This document shows, piece after piece, positions 15,376 through 23,847 of a DNA stretch of 28,458 nt. The notes beneath the pieces are model-generated. The model did not search any database, was not told the DNA's origin, and saw nothing but the letters and a program-made list of their open reading frames with translations. The stretch is from a virus. Lineage: Duplodnaviria; Caudoviricetes. A program made the position numbers and the translations under genes. Position 1 is the first letter of the stretch. Each line of letters opens with the position of its first letter. The stretch lies in the IMG/VR virus record IMGVR_UViG_3300018079_000031, positions 1 through 28,458 of that record. One strand, given 5' to 3'.

Positions 15376-16365
15376 ATGGCATTTGATATTAAGGCTTTCC
15401 TTCAGACTGCAATTCCTGCGGGGATCGGTGTTGCTGGTGCAATCGCTGGAAAAAAGGCGCAATCTGCAGGCAACATTCAATCCCGTCAAGCGATTGATGC
15501 TGCATACAGGGAAGCCTTAGGAGCCTATAACACGGCCCACGGGCGGGCGACGGACATCAACAATTGGATGCTCCAGTCCAGTTTTGCACCTCTGAACTTT
15601 GGGTATGGGCAATCGAGGGCTGATCTTACAAACGCGCTGATGATGGGACAGCAGGGACTGTCCGGTGGACAGTCTGCGATTGCTGACATTCTTGGGCCGT
15701 ATACTTCGGCTGGACGGCGTGGCGCAGAAGAAACCAACTTCCTGCTTTATGGACAAAGGCCAGGGGCGGGAAGCCCAGGAGCGCCCCCAGGTGCCCCAGC
15801 GGTGCCGTCCACACCTTCCGCCGGTGGGTTTCAACTACCGGCAGATTTTGGTGGTGGGTTTAATATCACACCCCCGCCCGGATCTGGTGGCGGGCCGTCA
15901 GCCCCCGGCGGAGGTGTCCCGAACGCGCTGACGAGTTTCGCCCCGAACCTGGCTGACAACAGAGTTCGGCCATCAGGAGCAGCCGGTGTAGTCGGAACCG
16001 GCGCAGGAATTGCTGGCAGCTTAATTCCTGGGGTCGGGCCGATGGTTGGGTCTACTGCTGGGGCTTTGGCAGGTGGACTTATCAGCCGACTGACGCGCAA
16101 GGGCCGTGAAAAGGAAGCAGCATCGGGTGCCGTGAATGAGCACTCCGACTGGTTTTGGAATGAAGTTGTTCCGACCGCGCAGCGAGAGGGGTGGAGCGGG
16201 GAGCAGTTGAAACAGACTGCGGACTCTGGATGGAACGATTATTCAAATTGGGTGGGTTCAAACATCAAGGACAAGGGTGTAGCCGCAAGCTCACTAGCAT
16301 CACAGAAGAAATCTTTCGACGAGGGTCTGAAGTCAAATCCCTACACGTCACAGTACTATAAATAG
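15376..16365 (+). CDS. DNA ejection/pilot protein (N-terminal half resembles P22 gp7-like proteins)
   Basis: Gly/Ala-rich hydrophobic N-terminus, LGPY-SAG--G motif, second glycine-zipper segment GSLIPGVGPMVG; first gene after the tail cluster. Confidence 0.75.
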   Translation: MAFDIKAFLQTAIPAGIGVAGAIAGKKAQSAGNIQSRQAIDAAYREALGAYNTAHGRATDINNWMLQSSFAPLNFGYGQSRADLTNALMMGQQGLSGGQSAIADILGPYTSAGRRGAEETNFLLYGQRPGAGSPGAPPGAPAVPSTPSAGGFQLPADFGGGFNITPPPGSGGGPSAPGGGVPNALTSFAPNLADNRVRPSGAAGVVGTGAGIAGSLIPGVGPMVGSTAGALAGGLISRLTRKGREKEAASGAVNEHSDWFWNEVVPTAQREGWSGEQLKQTADSGWNDYSNWVGSNIKDKGVAASSLASQKKSFDEGLKSNPYTSQYYK

Positions 16366-16374
16366 GAGTCTCCG

Positions 16375-17913
16375 ATGGCAATGGACATGACTGATTGGGG
16401 GGCCGGAAAGCCGAAGAAGGATGCTCAGGGAAATCCCCTTTATTACGGGGCACCCGGAGTCGACCGAACCGGCCCAGCTTGGCTCGACCCGAATGTTTCC
16501 AAGGCCGGGGATTGGGAAAAAGGTGGCTCTTTGGGGGCCGACTGGGTTTCAACCGGGCAGAATCCTCTTTACGGGCCTAGAGGAACTAATGCATTTGCAA
16601 CCGCTGCCGGAGACTCGAACCAAGCGCGGACTAACCCAAACGCATATCAGGGTAGCGGCGGAGGGGTTCCGTTCAACGCTCTGACTGGCGGGACAGCCGG
16701 TCAGGCCGCCGGTCAGGCCGCCGGTCAACAGCAGTGGAGCGATCAGGTTCCAGTAAGCCGGGTGAGTCCGGTAATGGAGCAGGGAAAAGACCGGGTTGTA
16801 AGTTTCAACGCGCTGACCGGACAGAGCACGCCCGCCGCGCCTCCGATGCAGGTAGCCAACGGCAACGCAGCTCGAAATGCGGATGTGTTCAACAATCCAG
16901 TGTACACGCCGCCCGCCCCCACCGGCCCCCGAGCTGTAGAAGGCGACCGCGCCCCGTTTCTTCCGGGGGAAACACCAGAACAGTATCGAGCAAGGAATCC
17001 CGGACAGTTTGCAGCTACCCTTCCAACAATAGGAGCTGGTGAATCAATCCTTCCACCTGTACCTGCTGGTTTTGATGTTCGAGCTGGATCACAAGACCCG
17101 GCAGTAAACAGGCAGATATATGGGGAGAACTATTTTCCGGGCAATCTGCCTGGATTCCCCGGTATCGCTAACAAAGAGCAGTTTTTCGCTCTGACCCCGC
17201 AACAGCAGGGCGATTATCGAGTCGCATTAGCCGCTCAGTTCAAAGCTGGACAGCCGGGTGGCGGCGCACCGGGGCCAGCAACAGGCGTGGGTGCTGGAAG
17301 GGGCTATCCTTCCAACTGGAACATCAACAACGCGCCAGGACTCGATTCGGGCGGCGAAGGCACCACATTTGCCACGAATCCGGCTACCGGCGCGGCTTAT
17401 GAGACTTCACCCATGTACCAGTGGCAATTAAAGCAGGGCGAGAAGTCCATCAACAGGGCGCTCGCGGCTCGAGGCCGGAAGAACTCCTCCGTGGGTTTGA
17501 ACACTTTGGCGAATTTCTACAACCAGCTCGGGGCGGGTGAGGCGGACAAGCAATACACTCGAACCTTCCAGCAGCAGCAGCTTGGGCTGCAAGCTGCACT
17601 GGCTCAGGCGGCCCAGGCGGGGGCCTCCTCTCAGCAACTGGCGCAGCTATACGCTCAGTTGGGCGGACAGGCGGCGGGAGGATCGGAACGGTATGGGGGA
17701 AACATTGCGGATCTGATTGCACGGTACGGGGAAAGGGAAGGATCGAACGTTCTGGGACTCGGCACACAGCAAGGCGCAGCGGCAATGTGGAAGGGCACTC
17801 CAATCGGTGCGCTTCTTGATAAGCACGGTGGTGAGAATTACAATTTCTGGACTAGCCTTTCTGCAATGGGCGGTAAAGCGGTTGCTGACTACATGGCATC
17901 AAGGGGTAAATAA
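16375..17913 (+). CDS. DNA ejection protein (contains gp7-like SP-YQW-L-QG-----RALAARG motif)
   Basis: Low-complexity G/A/P/Q/N composition; TSPMYQWQLKQGEKSINRALAARGRKNSS; AGGAG RBS. Confidence 0.78.
   Translation: MAMDMTDWGAGKPKKDAQGNPLYYGAPGVDRTGPAWLDPNVSKAGDWEKGGSLGADWVSTGQNPLYGPRGTNAFATAAGDSNQARTNPNAYQGSGGGVPFNALTGGTAGQAAGQAAGQQQWSDQVPVSRVSPVMEQGKDRVVSFNALTGQSTPAAPPMQVANGNAARNADVFNNPVYTPPAPTGPRAVEGDRAPFLPGETPEQYRARNPGQFAATLPTIGAGESILPPVPAGFDVRAGSQDPAVNRQIYGENYFPGNLPGFPGIANKEQFFALTPQQQGDYRVALAAQFKAGQPGGGAPGPATGVGAGRGYPSNWNINNAPGLDSGGEGTTFATNPATGAAYETSPMYQWQLKQGEKSINRALAARGRKNSSVGLNTLANFYNQLGAGEADKQYTRTFQQQQLGLQAALAQAAQAGASSQQLAQLYAQLGGQAAGGSERYGGNIADLIARYGEREGSNVLGLGTQQGAAAMWKGTPIGALLDKHGGENYNFWTSLSAMGGKAVADYMASRGK
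16696..16727 (+). repeat. 12-bp coding tandem repeat (GCCGCCGGTCAG, about 3 copies; AAGQ)
   Basis: GCCGGTCAG GCCGCCGGTCAG GCCGCCGGTCA. Confidence 0.8.
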
Positions 17914-19241
17914 TGGCCTACTCTGATTTGATTAACATGATCGAGTACGCTGGAACCGCAAATCAGCGTGCCACTGAGCAAAAGCAACGTGAGCTGAACC
18001 TCGCTATCGGGCAGAACACATTTCAGCAAGTCCAAGATCAGCAGAACGAAGCGAATGCGCTGAGGCAGTTTGCAGCGCCTCTCGGTGGAGTCGCTGGCCC
18101 AGGTGCGCCCGGTGCGATGGGCGAGGCTCCGGTAGAGGCTCCGTCACCAGATCCTGATAAGGTCGCATTTGAATACTACACGAAGATTGCCCCCGATCCG
18201 GTCAAGGCCAGTTTGGTTCTTGACAACGTAGCAAAGCGAGCCAAGGAGGTTCTGGAGCGCACCGGAGATCCCGAACAGATGATCGCTTACACCAACTCAG
18301 TCACTGGACGCACAGACAAGTTCGCAGGATTCAAAGGTACATTGTTGCAGATCAAGAATGAGGATGGCACGACCCAGCTTGTCGAATACGAGCCGCAGGG
18401 CGGGAAGCTGACTGATAGGGGGACGGTTGGCAGGCCAAAACTCATATCGGTTGGTGAGAAATCCAGGCTGTACGATCCAACTTTAGGGAAGGTAATTGTT
18501 GAGGGTGTAGCCGACGACGCGAATGTTCCTGTGAAGTCGGAGCACAATCTGCGGGGCAAGGATGGACAGCCGGTAACGAAACTGTGGTACAAAGGCGGCA
18601 GAACTGAAGAGATTCGCTCTGTGCCGTCTCCCGGATCAGTTGTAATTGCCAATGCACAACGGGCTCAGCGCGAGTTCCGAAACGAGATGGACATGAGGAA
18701 GGAGTTTCTATCCCTTCCTGAAGTGAAAGAATTCCCTGTGGTCGAAAAGCAGCTCGGCAGAGTTCAGGCTGCCTTCGATGAGGTTAAGCGCGGGGCACCC
18801 AACAAAATCGCCGTGGATCAAACTTTGGTAACGGCTTTTAACAAAATGATGGATGAGTCTTCAGTCGTTCGTGAGTCGGAATACGCCAGGACTGCTTCTG
18901 ATGCTCCCTGGTTTAACAAGATCCGAGGAAAATTCGAAAAATTCTCGGCAGGCGGCGCGGGTTTGACTGACGAGGATCGCACAGCCCTGTACGACATGAT
19001 TCAGAATTTTGGGCGTGTGGCAAAGGAAGGATACGAGTCGCAGGTTGACTTCTATTCCGAACTCGCTGGCCGGTACGGATTCCAACCGCGCAACGTAGTC
19101 CGCTTGGGTGGAGCAGAACCAAGGAAGGGAGGAGCACCAAAGGAATCGGTGAAATCCAAAACCCCCATCGGCACCGTGGAGGGTGGGTACATCTTCATGG
19201 GCGGCGACGACACCAAGCAAGAGAGCTGGAGAAAGAAATGA
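17913..19241 (+). CDS. DNA ejection protein (gp20-position)
   Basis: TAATG coupling; F-KMMD-SSVVRESEY motif; C-terminal GTVEGGYIFMGGD-----SW-K mini-domain. Confidence 0.78.
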   Translation: MAYSDLINMIEYAGTANQRATEQKQRELNLAIGQNTFQQVQDQQNEANALRQFAAPLGGVAGPGAPGAMGEAPVEAPSPDPDKVAFEYYTKIAPDPVKASLVLDNVAKRAKEVLERTGDPEQMIAYTNSVTGRTDKFAGFKGTLLQIKNEDGTTQLVEYEPQGGKLTDRGTVGRPKLISVGEKSRLYDPTLGKVIVEGVADDANVPVKSEHNLRGKDGQPVTKLWYKGGRTEEIRSVPSPGSVVIANAQRAQREFRNEMDMRKEFLSLPEVKEFPVVEKQLGRVQAAFDEVKRGAPNKIAVDQTLVTAFNKMMDESSVVRESEYARTASDAPWFNKIRGKFEKFSAGGAGLTDEDRTALYDMIQNFGRVAKEGYESQVDFYSELAGRYGFQPRNVVRLGGAEPRKGGAPKESVKSKTPIGTVEGGYIFMGGDDTKQESWRKK

Positions 19242-21748
19242 GCACACCCTGGGAACGGCGCGCCGCCGCTGTGTCTGGGACGGGCGACACCGAGGTTGTT
19301 GAAACAAGCATAAAGCCTTTCGATGAATCCGAAGAGACCCCTTGGGACAAGCGAGCCAGAGAGCAAAATCGACTCGCTGCTGAATCGCGTTTGAATCGAC
19401 CTAAAGAAGTCCTCCAGGCTGAGCACGTCGCAAACCTCGCTCAATCCAGTCCCACCGTCGGCCAGCAGCTCGATCAGCTCACTGAGGGAATCTATGGTGG
19501 GATCGGGAGACTGGCACAGGGCGCAGCCGCGATCCCCGGAGCGCTGGTTGAGTCCGTGCGCCAGACTGTCGCCGATCCTCTCGGCGCGGTGAAGGCCGTT
19601 CCGGGTGCGCTCCTGGAAATGGGAAGCGATCTAGCGAACTATCCTGTGGATCAGTTCGGGAAATTACTGTTTGGCACACCGAAAGAAGCGGGAGAAGTGA
19701 TCGGAGAGAATGTCGTACCCTTGGCCGCCGGGCCTGCTGTCGGAATTGCTGGCAGGGCTGTTCAAGGGGCCGCTGGCGTCAGTGCGCGGAAGCTCGTCAA
19801 CACGATTATCAAGCCCAGCCTCAAGGATCAGGCATTCAAGAAAGATCCGACAGGCGCGATTCTCAGAAACAAGATCGTCGGTAACACTGATGAGCAGTTC
19901 GCTGCCAACGTTCAGGCGAAGATCGACGAGTTCCACGGCATGACTGATGCACAGCTCGCCAAAAGCACGAAGGCTGTGCCGGTCAATGATGTAACGGCGC
20001 TGCTCGATGATGAGGTTAAACGCATAAAAGGTAGCGTCGGCATCAGCAACAAAGAGGCGCTGCTATCGAGGATAGAAGAGTTGCAGAGCGACATTCTGGG
20101 CCGGTACGGTGGGCAGAGCATCTCGCTCCGGGAGCTGCACGCGCTGCGAAAAGAGATCGACTCCAGCATCACCCGATTCACGATGGACGCAGTCGAGCAG
20201 GGAGCGAACGCTTCAAAATACGCGGCTCGCTCCGGAATCAACAAATTGATCCGCAACCAGGAGCCGAAAGTCGAGAAGTGGATGAGGGAGGAGTCGGAGC
20301 TGCTTAGCGCCAAGGAGGCTCTGGAGCGGCAGGCCAACAGACAACGAAATGCGGGGTTCGGCGGGCCGGGGGATATTGCCGCTGGGGTGCTTGGCGAAGT
20401 ATTGGCGCAGGGCGCTGGCGTCCCCGGGACAGGTGCGTTGACCGGCTTGGCAGCCCGGCACGCGCTTGGAAGCACGGCAGTCAAGAGCCGGGCTGCGAAA
20501 GGACTCCACAAGCTCAGTGGAGGAGAAACAGCGGCTGTGGAATTCGCCCCTACCGGCGAATTAGTCAGCGAAACCGGAGGCAAGTTACCTGTTGAGGCGA
20601 ATATAAAGCTGAGCCAGGTGTCAGAAATGACTGCCGGGAAAATAAACAAGGCGCTTGACAGGAACGATCAGACACAAAGCAAGATCACCGACGACTTAAT
20701 AGCAGCCGGACGTGGCAGTGAAAAGACCAGTGAGATACTCGCCAAATCAGATCCTTTATCACAACGACTCAAAGATGCCTTAGATGAACGCTCCGATCTA
20801 AAGAATGAAATAACTAGGAGATACGGCCCGGATGCTCCTTCCAGACTTCCAAAAGGATTCGGGCCGGTAAAGCGTAGCGAACAGGTTGGAACGTTCACCG
20901 AGCAGGAATTTGAAATGCCTGGCACTGTTCAATCCACATATAAGGGGCCGGAGCGTCGTAAGGAACCACGGGGAACATTCAAAGAAGAAGAGTTCAACTG
21001 GCCGGAGTCAGTCAGCGAGCTGAAGAACCCCACCACAGAGAAGTATTCCGGCTACAGCCCGAAGCGCGGAAAGATCGTTCTGAATGATGCGGCAATGGAT
21101 AAATTAACGAACATGATTGGAGCAAAAAAACTCAATGGAGCTGAAGTATTCTCCGGCACCGGCGTAAGCGGGGCTGATGCTGCAGGCAGGATATTTATTC
21201 AGAGCCTGAAACGCGAGTTCCCGAAAGAGTTTGCAATGGTTCCAACCAATAAACCGCTAACGATTCAGCGCGTCGGGGACAGCGGGTACTTTAAGCAGGA
21301 AGCCAGGCATGAGGGGCTGCATCGGGCTGTGAACGAAGTTCTTGGGGAAAAACTGGAGATCAACCCAATAAAACTTGGGGTAAAAGGAAGAAAGATTTTT
21401 GGGGAAATCCACGGAAAAGCTCTGACCGAAGGGGGCGCAGAGGGCAGAATAGTCTACGGAGCGGCGCTGAGAACTAAGGGTGGGTATGCGTCTGGACGAA
21501 AGGCGGAGGAGGTCTTTGCTGACCTTGCCACAGGGAATCCCATGCGCATGGGACTCACCCGAGTAGAGGGCCTGCAATTGCTTGGTGACATCCTTGAGCA
21601 GTTGACTGCCAAGCATGGCGCGGACAAAGTTGAGGCTCTAATGAAGAGGTTCGCTCCTCGATTCTATGAGAGAGCGCCTGAGCGGACTGGAATGAAACTT
21701 CCGAGGTTCAAGGCAGAAAAACCCCTTCCAGAAATAGGAGGTGAGTGA
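19238..21748 (+). CDS. large DNA ejection protein (gp16-position) with C-terminal zincin-like HExxH domain
   Basis: 836 aa; ATGA coupling; N-terminal PW motifs; Gly/Ala hydrophobic segments; HEGLH at 21308-21322 with downstream AEEVFAD. Confidence 0.8.
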   Translation: MSTPWERRAAAVSGTGDTEVVETSIKPFDESEETPWDKRAREQNRLAAESRLNRPKEVLQAEHVANLAQSSPTVGQQLDQLTEGIYGGIGRLAQGAAAIPGALVESVRQTVADPLGAVKAVPGALLEMGSDLANYPVDQFGKLLFGTPKEAGEVIGENVVPLAAGPAVGIAGRAVQGAAGVSARKLVNTIIKPSLKDQAFKKDPTGAILRNKIVGNTDEQFAANVQAKIDEFHGMTDAQLAKSTKAVPVNDVTALLDDEVKRIKGSVGISNKEALLSRIEELQSDILGRYGGQSISLRELHALRKEIDSSITRFTMDAVEQGANASKYAARSGINKLIRNQEPKVEKWMREESELLSAKEALERQANRQRNAGFGGPGDIAAGVLGEVLAQGAGVPGTGALTGLAARHALGSTAVKSRAAKGLHKLSGGETAAVEFAPTGELVSETGGKLPVEANIKLSQVSEMTAGKINKALDRNDQTQSKITDDLIAAGRGSEKTSEILAKSDPLSQRLKDALDERSDLKNEITRRYGPDAPSRLPKGFGPVKRSEQVGTFTEQEFEMPGTVQSTYKGPERRKEPRGTFKEEEFNWPESVSELKNPTTEKYSGYSPKRGKIVLNDAAMDKLTNMIGAKKLNGAEVFSGTGVSGADAAGRIFIQSLKREFPKEFAMVPTNKPLTIQRVGDSGYFKQEARHEGLHRAVNEVLGEKLEINPIKLGVKGRKIFGEIHGKALTEGGAEGRIVYGAALRTKGGYASGRKAEEVFADLATGNPMRMGLTRVEGLQLLGDILEQLTAKHGADKVEALMKRFAPRFYERAPERTGMKLPRFKAEKPLPEIGGE

Positions 21749-21749
21749 T

Positions 21750-21905
21750 ATGATGTTCTCGTGGCAAATAGATCTTGGAAGCATTCTGAACGCAGTGAGC
21801 CTATGCATAGTGGCGTTCGCCGGAGCAAAGAAGCTCGGGGTGCTGGAATTCAAGCTGAATTTGTTGTGGGCAAACTTCAAATCAGAGAAGGGGGTGTCGG
21901 AGTAA
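21750..21905 (+). CDS. 51-aa single-TM membrane protein not in the ORF track (MMFSWQIDLGSILNAVSLCIVAFAGAKKLGVLEFKLNLLWANFKSEKGVSE)
   Basis: AGGAGG RBS; hydrophobic helix followed by a short coiled segment. Confidence 0.72.
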   Translation: MMFSWQIDLGSILNAVSLCIVAFAGAKKLGVLEFKLNLLWANFKSEKGVSE

Positions 21906-22222
21906 GTCGATATTGGAAACGGTATAAGCGCAACTTGGTTCGGTGGGCTGAAGGAAATCGTCCGAGGTGTAAAAGGCACCCGGATAGACTAGCCCAGCGC
22001 TTCCCTTGGCTTCACAGCGGAACTAGACGGTGCAGCTCATGTTGGGGCAGGAAATCAGATGGCGCGCTCCGACCGGCGAATACGCGGCACTCTCAGAAGA
22101 GCAAAGATTCTGGATACCACACCGTTTTCACTACTGAGTGGAGGCGTAAAAAACGTAAGCAACTGCTTTATGGATGGGGGACGAAACGGCATGAGTCTGA
22201 CTTTGAACGGGCAGACAGTTGA
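21761..22222 (+). CDS. basic protein with possible zinc-binding CKRH...CSSC motif; true start uncertain
   Basis: The 3' part fills the gap 21905-22191; the 5' part overlaps the 51-aa gene in another frame. Confidence 0.45.
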   Translation: MANRSWKHSERSEPMHSGVRRSKEARGAGIQAEFVVGKLQIREGGVGVSRYWKRYKRNLVRWAEGNRPRCKRHPDRLAQRFPWLHSGTRRCSSCWGRKSDGALRPANTRHSQKSKDSGYHTVFTTEWRRKKRKQLLYGWGTKRHESDFERADS

Positions 22223-23054
22223 GACCACATCAAACCGGCTGTTGAAACTGCTGGACAAGCGCCCGGCTGATGTGTTCAAGATTAAAGAGTCAAAGATCAT
22301 CCAGGGTCAGGCCAAGAGAGTCTCAGTTATTTTTGACCCGAAGATCTTCAAGACGATTGAACTGCTCCACATTACGGACGTTCAATTCGGGGCCATCACC
22401 TGCCAGGAAGAACGGTTCATAGAGTTCCGGGACTGGGTTCTGGCGAGTCCTAACAGGTTCGTTCTTTTCGGTGGGGACATGATCGACGCGGCGACAGTTC
22501 TGTCGGTTGGCTCGCCCTTTGAGAACAAGTTTGAGCCGAAAGAACAGCTTTTGAGGTTCGTCGAAATCGCAATGCCAATGCGCCACAGGGTGCTTGGATA
22601 CGTGGGAGGAAACCATGAATCAAGAACGAGCAAAACGTTTGGTGAGGCTGGCTCGATCATTGCGACACTTCTGGGCATTCCCTACAGCAGCGGGATTCAG
22701 CTCGTTGACATCAACTTCGGGTTGCACAAGCCCTTTCGGGTTTCCCTCTGGCACGGTACGGGAAGCGCAAAGACCAAGGGCGCGAAACTCATGATGTTGC
22801 ATAGGTTCATGGGACAGGGAGACTCTCAGCTCTACCTGGTGGGCCATTTGCATGACGTGGTTTTGACTTACGATTGGAGACAGTCGAGGCGCGGAGACGA
22901 CATCTACCTGGAGAAGATTGCCGGAGTGATGAGCAGCAGCTTTCAAGACTTCTGGGGAGGGTATGCTGAACGCGCTGGTTTGACGCCTAGCGATACGCTC
23001 ATGGCAAGAGCCATCCTTGAGCCGACAGGCAGGTGGGAGCTGACACTTAGATGA
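22191..23054 (+). CDS. calcineurin-like metallophosphoesterase
   Basis: Motifs TDVQFG (D-x-H variant), GGDMID, GNHE, HG, GHLH; GGGGG RBS before ATG 22191. Confidence 0.92.
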   Translation: MSLTLNGQTVETTSNRLLKLLDKRPADVFKIKESKIIQGQAKRVSVIFDPKIFKTIELLHITDVQFGAITCQEERFIEFRDWVLASPNRFVLFGGDMIDAATVLSVGSPFENKFEPKEQLLRFVEIAMPMRHRVLGYVGGNHESRTSKTFGEAGSIIATLLGIPYSSGIQLVDINFGLHKPFRVSLWHGTGSAKTKGAKLMMLHRFMGQGDSQLYLVGHLHDVVLTYDWRQSRRGDDIYLEKIAGVMSSSFQDFWGGYAERAGLTPSDTLMARAILEPTGRWELTLR

Positions 23055-23158
23055 GACATTACCGAACGCTAAAAGAAATCCGAATTTGGTGGAAAGCAAT
23101 TGATGAAGCAGCAAAGAAAGCCCCAGCAGTCAAGCCCCCAAGGACGGTAAAGTCATGA
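23051..23158 (+). CDS. 35-aa hypothetical peptide (MRHYRTLKEIRIWWKAIDEAAKKAPAVKPPRTVKS)
   Basis: ATGA overlaps at both ends; GGGAG RBS. Confidence 0.55.
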   Translation: MRHYRTLKEIRIWWKAIDEAAKKAPAVKPPRTVKS

Positions 23159-23373
23159 GTAATCCAATGTGGGGATGGGAGGGGCCAAGCATGGTCGAAG
23201 ATGATGAAAATGCCGTCTCCGACCTGCTTGGGTATGAGGCTAGAAAAACGAAGGTCGTATTTCGCTCCAGGCTGCCCTGTACGCCTCTTTCCTGCCCTTC
23301 AGGCCGCTCAGCACACCCCAGAGGATCGGAAAGTTGGAGACGGGCCTGTAGAGGCTCAGCACTGACAGCGTAG
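23155..23373 (+). CDS. hypothetical protein overlapping the convergent VRR-NUC gene
   Basis: ATGA coupling with the previous ORF, AAGGA RBS; 3' half is antisense to 23240..23629. Confidence 0.4.
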   Translation: MSNPMWGWEGPSMVEDDENAVSDLLGYEARKTKVVFRSRLPCTPLSCPSGRSAHPRGSESWRRACRGSALTA

Positions 23374-23629
23374 CATCAATATCAATACCGAAAACCAACA
23401 GCCAGACATTACCCATCTTCCGATGGGTTTTTTCTTGCGTCCACTCGAAATCATCTAGGCTACTATCCCAGGCTCTCTTACACTCGACCCAAAATGTTTT
23501 ACCATTTAGGGTTATAGAGATATCCGGCACGTCCCTGCTGAACTGCTCAACGTGCCGGAAAACCACTGCTTTGGGCTCCAAAGCCTTCACCACTATCCGA
23601 AACTCTGTTGCAAAAGCCGACTCGTTCAT
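23240..23629 (-). CDS. VRR-NUC / PD-(D/E)xK nuclease, probable Holliday junction resolvase
   Basis: M-NE--F N-terminus, VPDI, FWVECKR, Q------KMG; downstream of the DNA polymerase. Confidence 0.88.
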   Translation of the reverse strand: MNESAFATEFRIVVKALEPKAVVFRHVEQFSRDVPDISITLNGKTFWVECKRAWDSSLDDFEWTQEKTHRKMGNVWLLVFGIDIDATLSVLSLYRPVSNFPILWGVLSGLKGRKEAYRAAWSEIRPSFF

Positions 23630-23847
23630 ACCCCCAGCTCCTTCCTGACCTTTGGAATCCAGTCATAATTCACGTTGATAACCCCATCCGTCCGACCTTC
23701 GACTGCCTCTTTCACAGCCTCAAGAAGCAGACTTTTAAGCCGTACAATCTTTTCTCCTGTCTGATGCTCAACGAATTTTGACTCGTACCGCCCTTGCCGG
23801 AAACCACGGCTGTACTCAGTTCTTCTGGTGCTTTCTTCCAGTTTCAT
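23626..23847 (-). CDS. hypothetical protein (73 aa)
   Basis: ATG overlaps the polymerase TGA; GGAGGG RBS; EYSRGFRQG motif. Confidence 0.7.
   Translation of the reverse strand: MKLEESTRRTEYSRGFRQGRYESKFVEHQTGEKIVRLKSLLLEAVKEAVEGRTDGVINVNYDWIPKVRKELGV

Noticed and set aside
22059-22190. Longer start for the metallophosphoesterase
   Set aside because: ATG 22191 has a GGGGG RBS and a short overlap with the upstream ORF; the extension has no family features, though it is not strictly excluded.
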